Part shown: positions 24,876 to 30,693 of the stretch, piece by piece | How the letters are laid out: each line of letters starts with the position of its first letter | How positions within the stretch are numbered: position 1 is the stretch's first letter | IMG/VR virus record: IMGVR_UViG_3300020043_001994 | Span: 1-30,693 of that record | Length of the DNA stretch: 30,693 nt | Strand: one strand, 5' to 3' | Source of the DNA: a virus | Lineage: Duplodnaviria > Caudoviricetes | Made by a program: the position numbers and the translations under genes | The notes under the pieces: model-generated | Seen by the model: only the letters and a program-made list of their open reading frames with translations | Database searches by the model: none | What the model was told of the DNA's origin: nothing

Positions 24876-25317
24876 TGCCGAACTCCTTCATGTAGTCTTC
24901 AAATTTCTCGCCATATAACTCCATGACCAGATGTGCATTCTTTGTGGCAAAGCCTGGACCATGCGTGAGCGATACTGCCATCAAAATCAGGTCATAGTAG
25001 CCTGCACGCCAGATAAATGATCTAGCATCGGCATCACCTACACGCTCGGCATGGTCTGAGGCCTGCCACTTCATGATTGCTGTTGCCAGCAATGGCACAA
25101 GATGATGGCTATTTGTAATAAAAAATTGATTCTGGTGCATTCCCACCAGTGTGTTCCAGATGGTCGCATTCAGGTCTTTGCGCTCAACTGTATCGCCATC
25201 GGCAATATCGTCAAACACCTGAATGGCATCGTAAACCATAACGAGCCATTCCACGACTGGCGCAGGCAACATGAAAACCCTTTGCAGGTTCTCCTTGAGC
25301 CATTCGATACCAGTCAT
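24868..25317 (-). CDS. Hypothetical helical protein (FDD.ADGD motif)
   Basis: ATG 25317 with SD AGGAG; overlaps the gp7-like start. Confidence 0.7.
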   Translation of the reverse strand: MTGIEWLKENLQRVFMLPAPVVEWLVMVYDAIQVFDDIADGDTVERKDLNATIWNTLVGMHQNQFFITNSHHLVPLLATAIMKWQASDHAERVGDADARSFIWRAGYYDLILMAVSLTHGPGFATKNAHLVMELYGEKFEDYMKEFGNA

Positions 25318-25371
25318 GCGCAACTCCTATTAAGGGTGAGCTGCTGGTGGCCCGATAGACTCAGCGCCTTT

Positions 25372-25399
25372 ATTTTCCCACATTTTGGCATTTGGTCAA
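25372..25399 (-). promoter_or_regulatory. Putative late promoter TTGACC-16-GAAAAT
   Basis: Extended TG; lies at a gene boundary. Confidence 0.5.
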
Positions 25400-25797
25400 T
25401 CTTCCATTTCAAATTCACGTTCTTCCCATGCCTGGCAGACGCGCAGGTCGTGGCAGATGAACTCAAATTTGGTGCAGTAACCACGGAAACCAGCATCGGT
25501 GTCCCACTCATTCCGAGGGATTCGCTCCATCTTGGCCTGCGTCATGGTGCTGTTGTCGTAGTACTCGCAGTTGGAGCAGCGACGACGACGAGCCTCTTTT
25601 TCGTCCACTTGCATGGCCTTGCCAACAGCGATCCAGTAGGTTTTGTTGGCCGTTGGCTCGTTGCTTGGATTCTCTGGGCCAAGCATCCAGTCATCAATGG
25701 CGATCTGGGTGTTCTTCTTGTTTTCTGCTGTAGTGATGAATTCTTCCTCCATCGGCAGACCCATGAAGCCCTTTGGCATCATCATAAATTTGTCCAT
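25396..25797 (-). CDS. Cys-containing hypothetical protein
   Basis: CSNCEYY...GYC.KF.FIC...RVC.AW; SD AAGGAG. Confidence 0.75.
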   Translation of the reverse strand: MDKFMMMPKGFMGLPMEEEFITTAENKKNTQIAIDDWMLGPENPSNEPTANKTYWIAVGKAMQVDEKEARRRRCSNCEYYDNSTMTQAKMERIPRNEWDTDAGFRGYCTKFEFICHDLRVCQAWEEREFEMED

Positions 25798-25811
25798 GCT
25801 GTTCTCCTTGA

Positions 25812-26147
25812 TTAAGTGATTTCGCGGCCAGATGCGCGGATGGTTAGTGATGTGGCTGCGCTGGCAATGGTGCTGATGAAGCTGCCAGACTCCAATGCTT
25901 GACCAACCAGCTCAGGGCTGGTGTAGGTCTCATCGGGTGCAATGGCACGTGTGTCCATGATCAGGTTTGATGCGCCAGCAGACCCACCACTTGTCACCAA
26001 GTTGACGCTGATAGTCACATTGCCTGCGCTGGTATTGGTGATCGTGAACTTGTCAATGATCGCCTTGCAGTTTGTCGCTGTGTATTGCGTGGTCTGTGAA
26101 TTTTCAGCCTGTTTTGGTGGGATTAGCACCTTGATTGATACGGTCAT
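25812..26147 (-). CDS. Small beta-rich virion protein
   Basis: 111 aa, Thr/Ser-rich; SD GGAG; in the tail module. Confidence 0.7.
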   Translation of the reverse strand: MTVSIKVLIPPKQAENSQTTQYTATNCKAIIDKFTITNTSAGNVTISVNLVTSGGSAGASNLIMDTRAIAPDETYTSPELVGQALESGSFISTIASAATSLTIRASGREIT

Positions 26148-26150
26148 GGT

Positions 26151-27719
26151 TTACTCCAAAAGTAGGATATTGTTCGGGATGTATTGTGTCATCAGCCAGT
26201 TTGTGCCATCAGATACAAGTGTCGCAGAGTCGCCTGAACTTGCCAAGAGAATCGATGTTCCAGCAGCACCGCCAGCCAATGGAACGACATTTGATGACGC
26301 TGATACCAGTGTTTGAACTTGGTAGTTTTGGAAGTACAAAACGCGCCCTGTGTTGGTTGATGGCGTTGGCAAGGTCACTGTGCAAGTTGAGCCTGACTTA
26401 TTGTTGATGTACCAAATGTCGCCATTGGCAACAGTAAAGTCAGTAGTCTTTGTTACAGGTGCAGCAACACCCATGTAGTCAGTGTTGGCAGTAGCGGCAG
26501 ATATTGCCGTTCCATTGCCTTTAAGCAAGCCTGTAATTGTGGTTGATAGCGTAATGGCAGGGGTTGTTGTGGATGTTGCCACAGTACCTGCAAGACCATT
26601 GGCAGACACCACAGAGACAGCGGTGACAGTTCCTGTTGTTGGGGTTGTCCAAGTAGGCGTATTACCTGTACCTGCGGATGTTAAAACTTGACCGCTTGTA
26701 CCTTGTGCGCCATCAAAGCTAGTTGTGCCAGTTACGCTTAAATCTACAAAACTTGCGTTTTTAGGAGTTGTAGCCCCAATAGTCATATTGTCAATTGTTC
26801 CTACATTAGTAGGAGCAACTTCAACCGAACCAGTACCAGTAGGCTTTATATGCACATGACCAGTGCCAGTAGGACTAATGTCTATTTGTGCATTTGTACC
26901 ATTTAAGTTAGTAGAAACATTGACAGACATATTATCGCCACCGCCAGCACCAACACTCATTTGGGTTGTGCCTGACGCATTTTTAAGCGATAAACCAGCA
27001 GAGTTTGATGCTTGGACTATAGGTGTAGTAACGCTAGTAGAAGCACCTAATGTTGTAACACCTGTAGTCGCGCCTGTGTCGCTAATTGTGACTACAGAGT
27101 TTTGAATCAACTTTCCAGTTGTTGTATCAAACCTAGCAACGGCATTATCTGTGGCACTGGCAGGGCCAACAACATCACCAGTGCCATAAGGCAAAGCAGG
27201 AATGTCAGCCACGACCAAAGTTCTGAATGTAGGAGCAGCTGCACCACCAGTTGTAGGGCCAGCAAATACTTTATTGGCCGCTGCTGTGGTGACTCCAATG
27301 CCACCAGAAGCAACAGGTAGCGGGGCATCAAGGCCAGAGATTAAACCGCCTGTGATATTTACATTGTCAGAGTTTTGAGATGCAATCGTTCCAAGTTCTT
27401 GTCTTGGAGCCAATGCCATCAATTCAAGAGCTTGTGCCAGTCCTGGTATAGCATCCAATGCTTGTTGCACTTTGGCATTTAGCACAGCGTCCTCGACTGC
27501 TGTGTCCTGTGCCAATGCACTGAGCTGTGCTAATGCCTCGTTTGCTGTGGCTGCTGCCGTATCTGCTTGATACTCAAAGTCAGTTCCAGTGATAACTTGC
27601 AACTCATCAACAGTAGAAAACAACAGTTCAAACTGTCTGATCTGTTGTTGGTCAGTTAAAAACTGCGCAAGCTGATCTCGCGTCAAATTTAATCTGCGTG
27701 ATTGTGGTGCGGTTGCCAT
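26151..27719 (-). CDS. Tail needle-like (P22 gp26 position) protein extended with fibre repeats
   Basis: Follows the gp10-like gene. Coiled-coil N-terminus, then G/T-rich fibre motifs (GDVVGP.SATDNAVARFD.TTGKLIQNS; GTSGQVLTSAG; GTVT.V). Confidence 0.7.
   Translation of the reverse strand: MATAPQSRRLNLTRDQLAQFLTDQQQIRQFELLFSTVDELQVITGTDFEYQADTAAATANEALAQLSALAQDTAVEDAVLNAKVQQALDAIPGLAQALELMALAPRQELGTIASQNSDNVNITGGLISGLDAPLPVASGGIGVTTAAANKVFAGPTTGGAAAPTFRTLVVADIPALPYGTGDVVGPASATDNAVARFDTTTGKLIQNSVVTISDTGATTGVTTLGASTSVTTPIVQASNSAGLSLKNASGTTQMSVGAGGGDNMSVNVSTNLNGTNAQIDISPTGTGHVHIKPTGTGSVEVAPTNVGTIDNMTIGATTPKNASFVDLSVTGTTSFDGAQGTSGQVLTSAGTGNTPTWTTPTTGTVTAVSVVSANGLAGTVATSTTTPAITLSTTITGLLKGNGTAISAATANTDYMGVAAPVTKTTDFTVANGDIWYINNKSGSTCTVTLPTPSTNTGRVLYFQNYQVQTLVSASSNVVPLAGGAAGTSILLASSGDSATLVSDGTNWLMTQYIPNNILLLE
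26747..26867. repeat. 121-bp segment duplicated in inverted orientation at the window end
   Basis: Exact reverse complement of 30573-30693. Confidence 0.95.
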
Positions 27720-29236
27720 CAGAATGCCAATGCCTCGATCTGTGCTTCAAGACGAACAAATGAAATATGGGCATTACTGTCTCCACGGAATCTTTGGATG
27801 CGCCAGTTACGCATGTGACCTTGTTGAAACCATGCCAATCGTTTGGATGTATTTCCTATGCTTCCAACTGAAATGAATTTTTCCTGACTCCATGATTTCC
27901 CATCCACCGAATAGCTAGTGCTGATCTGTGGATTCGTCGGTGTTAATGAATTTAGAGCATCAAGTTCTAGCAGGATGTATCCATTGTTTTCTTGCAGTAG
28001 GAAAAACCCATCTTCTTTTAGTAGGCCATTAAAAACTGGTGTGCTTAATGCAACGCTTCCAGTCAGTGCCACTAGTTCTAGTTCGTTGAAGATCGCGCCA
28101 TTGCCCTCGTTGTAGGCGATGAGCGTGCCAAATTCCCAGCGTACTTGTTGACCCCAGTGGTGGCCAGTGTCTTGCACAAAGTATCCAATATCGCTTGATT
28201 GTGGATCGCCAACCAACCACTTGTCGTAAATCCAAACCATGTTGCGTGCGCGATATTGCGCAAAGCCAACTGTTGTGCTTGCCAGCGTAAACCAGACAGG
28301 CTCTCCTAATGCCTCGGATGCTGATGCATCGTAGACAATTGTGCGGTCTGGCAGGTGTACATAAAGGTGCAGATGATTTTTGTCGTTGCGTGCTTCTAGT
28401 TGGACTCGCACCAGCTGTGCTTCTGTATATTGCAGGAGCAGATTGTCAATCTCTTGCGTGCTGAGTTTCTGGGTTGTTGCCGCTGCTGCAATGTAAATGG
28501 ATGGCGCTTCATTGCGGCCACCACCCAAGAAAGCAATGCGATCAATAAAGATGCAGCATGCATGTGTTCCCAATACGCCCTTTTGGACTTGTGCTCCATC
28601 GATGCGTGCGAATGGAAAAAGCTCACCACCCACGTTGTCGAACACCTCAATGGTGTTGCTGTTGAGTGCATAGACCTCGTTGCGCAGCTTAATAAGCGCA
28701 ACCACAGGGTCTGGGTCAACTTCTGAGCTGCCGTACTTTAATGGATTAACAGCCAGTGGATTGGACAGCTCGGTCACGACCAAGTTTGCACCGTCTGTGG
28801 TCATGAAGTAGCCATCGACCCAGCAGAAGTCAAGCACCACACCAAGGTCTGGGTCGGTGTTCTGCGTTAGTGTTGATGCAACTGGGTCCCAAAAATACAA
28901 TCGGCCACCTGATGCAATGCCAAGCAAGTCGAAACTGTAGTCGAGAGTCACAAGATCAGTGGTTGGTCCACCGACATCACCTAGCACCGTCACAGCGCCA
29001 TTGCTGGCCACCGAAACCAGTTTGGTTCCCATGACTCGATAGCAGACTCCATTCCAGTTGATGCCGCCACGGTCTGTGCCTGGTCCTGTGCCATTGGCCA
29101 CGATGCCATCGCCTGGACGTAGGAATCCGTTGCTGACGCCAGACTTCTTTGGCACAGGCATCATGTTGACAGGATAGCTGGTGCGAAGTTCTGGCGTGTT
29201 GTCAGCGTAGATGCCGTTTAGGATTGGGATTTGCAT
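27719..29236 (-). CDS. Tail hub / packaged DNA stabilisation protein, P22 gp10-like
   Basis: 505 aa beta-rich; PVN..P, DGYF, E.DPD, TIEVF.N.G, S.DG..WS motifs; position matches P22 synteny. Confidence 0.85.
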   Translation of the reverse strand: MQIPILNGIYADNTPELRTSYPVNMMPVPKKSGVSNGFLRPGDGIVANGTGPGTDRGGINWNGVCYRVMGTKLVSVASNGAVTVLGDVGGPTTDLVTLDYSFDLLGIASGGRLYFWDPVASTLTQNTDPDLGVVLDFCWVDGYFMTTDGANLVVTELSNPLAVNPLKYGSSEVDPDPVVALIKLRNEVYALNSNTIEVFDNVGGELFPFARIDGAQVQKGVLGTHACCIFIDRIAFLGGGRNEAPSIYIAAAATTQKLSTQEIDNLLLQYTEAQLVRVQLEARNDKNHLHLYVHLPDRTIVYDASASEALGEPVWFTLASTTVGFAQYRARNMVWIYDKWLVGDPQSSDIGYFVQDTGHHWGQQVRWEFGTLIAYNEGNGAIFNELELVALTGSVALSTPVFNGLLKEDGFFLLQENNGYILLELDALNSLTPTNPQISTSYSVDGKSWSQEKFISVGSIGNTSKRLAWFQQGHMRNWRIQRFRGDSNAHISFVRLEAQIEALAF

Positions 29237-29239
29237 GGC

Positions 29240-29524
29240 TTACCACTTGACCTTGTTGGCCCAATACGCTGCGCTCATTTTGCCTTTGGCAATATTCTCA
29301 GCGTGTCTGGCCTTGAATGATTCTCGACGAGTCTTGTCTGCCTTAGACTCGCCTTCCTTCTTTGGAGACCCAGACACGCCCTGCTGACCAAAGCGAATCG
29401 TCTTCACTTGGTCACCATCCTTGGCCACGACAACGTGGCTTTTGGTCGGATGCGATGGCGTGCGCTTTGGCTTGTTGTAGCCTTCCACGCCAACGCGAGC
29501 GAGTCTTGAGTCCTTGGTGGCCAT
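29240..29524 (-). CDS. Small basic conserved phage protein
   Basis: KTIRFGQQG, RR.SFKARH, SAAYWA.KVKW. Confidence 0.75.
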   Translation of the reverse strand: MATKDSRLARVGVEGYNKPKRTPSHPTKSHVVVAKDGDQVKTIRFGQQGVSGSPKKEGESKADKTRRESFKARHAENIAKGKMSAAYWANKVKW

Positions 29525-29817
29525 TAGATGCCACCCTCTCCAGTCGCAACGTTCAATGTAGTGCCAGAAGCTGAGATGTGCGACAGAGCAGTGTCTTCTG
29601 TTGATTTGCGAATGATGATTTCGCTATTTGCGCGAACAGGGATGTCTGCTGTAGTTGCAGCGCCATCACCAATGCGCACATAGCAGATATTTGCACCACT
29701 GTTGACCAATCGGACTGCTTTGTCCTGTTGGTTGATGGTGATTGCTGCGGATGTGGCCGCTGGCGTGACAACTTGGTTTGATCCAAGGCGTGGGCTGAAT
29801 TGATTGACGACTGACAT
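29524..29817 (-). CDS. Small beta-rich virion protein
   Basis: 97 aa; SD AGGAG. Confidence 0.7.
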   Translation of the reverse strand: MSVVNQFSPRLGSNQVVTPAATSAAITINQQDKAVRLVNSGANICYVRIGDGAATTADIPVRANSEIIIRKSTEDTALSHISASGTTLNVATGEGGI

Positions 29818-29833
29818 GGTGTTCTCCTAAAAA

Positions 29834-30289
29834 TTAAGCAACGCGATACCACGAATTTGTGGCTTGGTAGAAGCGCATGGTAAAGAACGCATTGGCTGCC
29901 AATGTTGTTGGCGCACCAAAGGTATTGGCCGCGCCATTAGCTGCAAGCGTAAAGCTAGTGATGATCTGTGTGGTTGTCACCAGCACTTGAGTGCCATCAG
30001 GCACGCCAGTGTTCAATGGCAGTGTGACTGTGCCTGCGGCCAGAGTGCCAGCAGGCTGAATGACCATCCATTGCTGTTCGCTGGTAGGCGTTGGAACGGT
30101 GATGTTGAAGCCAGTGCCTGGTGTGTACAGGTTGGTGGCCACTGTTGGTGCTGCAAAGGTCTGCTCAAAATATTGCAGCAGTTGCGTGATCGAAACCTTG
30201 CGAGCATCACCATTGTTGGAGACGTAAACCGGAAGCAGATCACCGCCAGAGACTTGGCTGATGCCTGATAGTTGATTGATGGTTGGCAT
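29834..30289 (-). CDS. Virion/tail accessory protein
   Basis: MPTINQL...GD.LPVY...GDARKVS...; PAGTLA.GT.TLP motif. Confidence 0.72.
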   Translation of the reverse strand: MPTINQLSGISQVSGGDLLPVYVSNNGDARKVSITQLLQYFEQTFAAPTVATNLYTPGTGFNITVPTPTSEQQWMVIQPAGTLAAGTVTLPLNTGVPDGTQVLVTTTQIITSFTLAANGAANTFGAPTTLAANAFFTMRFYQATNSWYRVA

Positions 30290-30301
30290 GATTGTGTTTC
30301 C

Positions 30302-30577
30302 TCAGTTGAATTCGAGTGGGCCATCTTGACCGGCCAAGACTGGATCGACAGGTGGACGGATGAAGGGATTGTCGTATACGCGCCAAGGCTTGTTGCCTGC
30401 TCCTGCTGGCATGGTGCTTGGGAGTTGTTGCTCCATTGGCATGGCCGCACGCGAAAGCAAGGTGTTATAAGACTCTTTGGCCGTGGCCTTGGTGTCTGGC
30501 ATGACCTGCTTGCCATAACTTGGCGCAAGTTTGATGGCTAGATTTGTATAAATGGCTTCGTTTGAACTATCGGGCAC
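30302..30577 (-). CDS. Head-tail adaptor, P22 gp4-like (5'-truncated by the inverted junction)
   Basis: EAIYTNLAI.LAP.YG, MP.GAGN motifs. The N-terminal part is missing at 30573-30577. Confidence 0.75.
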   Translation of the reverse strand: MPDSSNEAIYTNLAIKLAPSYGKQVMPDTKATAKESYNTLLSRAAMPMEQQLPSTMPAGAGNKPWRVYDNPFIRPPVDPVLAGQDGPLEFN

Positions 30578-30693
30578 TGGTCATGTGCATATAAAGCCTA
30601 CTGGTACTGGTTCGGTTGAAGTTGCTCCTACTAATGTAGGAACAATTGACAATATGACTATTGGGGCTACAACTCCTAAAAACGCAAGTTTTG
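30573..30693. repeat. Inverted copy of 26747-26867 (probable chimeric contig end)
   Basis: Exact 121-bp reverse complement; the junction GGCAC can belong to either side. Confidence 0.95.

Noticed and set aside
25102-25815. 237-aa plus-strand ORF
   Set aside because: Antisense to two well-formed minus-strand genes with SDs; no recognisable motif.
30013-30528. 171-aa minus-strand alternative-frame ORF
   Set aside because: Spans two better-supported genes; no SD or motif.
26747-30693. Invertible tail-fibre segment or diversity-generating retroelement
   Set aside because: No invertase or reverse transcriptase; the copy is exact, with no adenine-specific changes, and lies at the contig end.
1-30693. 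tRNA/rRNA genes or alternative genetic code
   Set aside because: No cloverleaf or rRNA-like sequence noticed; core genes are intact under the standard code.

Overview
The window is most of the genome of a P22-like (podoviral) tailed phage with a lambdoid-style early region. A betaproteobacterial freshwater host is my guess from overall gene style, not shown by the sequence. Minus strand 1-9570 holds scaffolding (truncated), portal, TerL, TerS, then an AT-rich cassette (ParB fusion, histidine-phosphatase/cytidylyltransferase fusion, GT-A glycosyltransferase), nin-like nucleases, a DUF1376-type replication protein and a small Cro-like HTH. Plus strand 9714-15128 holds early genes (DUF932, ERF, YqaJ exonuclease, SSB-like, many small ORFs). 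Minus strand 15137-30577 holds lysis genes, several tail fibre/tailspike modules, three ejection proteins, and P22 gp26/gp10/gp4-like tail-hub genes. The coat gene is absent and would fall in the gap joining the two ends. No integrase or CI repressor is visible. Best candidates for new biology: (1) the terminase-linked ParB + phosphatase-nucleotidyltransferase + glycosyltransferase modification cassette, which has no base hydroxylase; (2) a three-way-junction RNA with an anti-SD loop before the replication gene; (3) a pseudoknot before the scaffolding gene; (4) late promoters that all lack the -12 T; (5) a duplicated early promoter/operator/hairpin module; (6) a possible plug-and-socket tail adhesin network. 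The last 121 bp are an exact inverted copy of 26747-26867, probably an artefact. All family assignments are from motif recognition by eye, with no database search.
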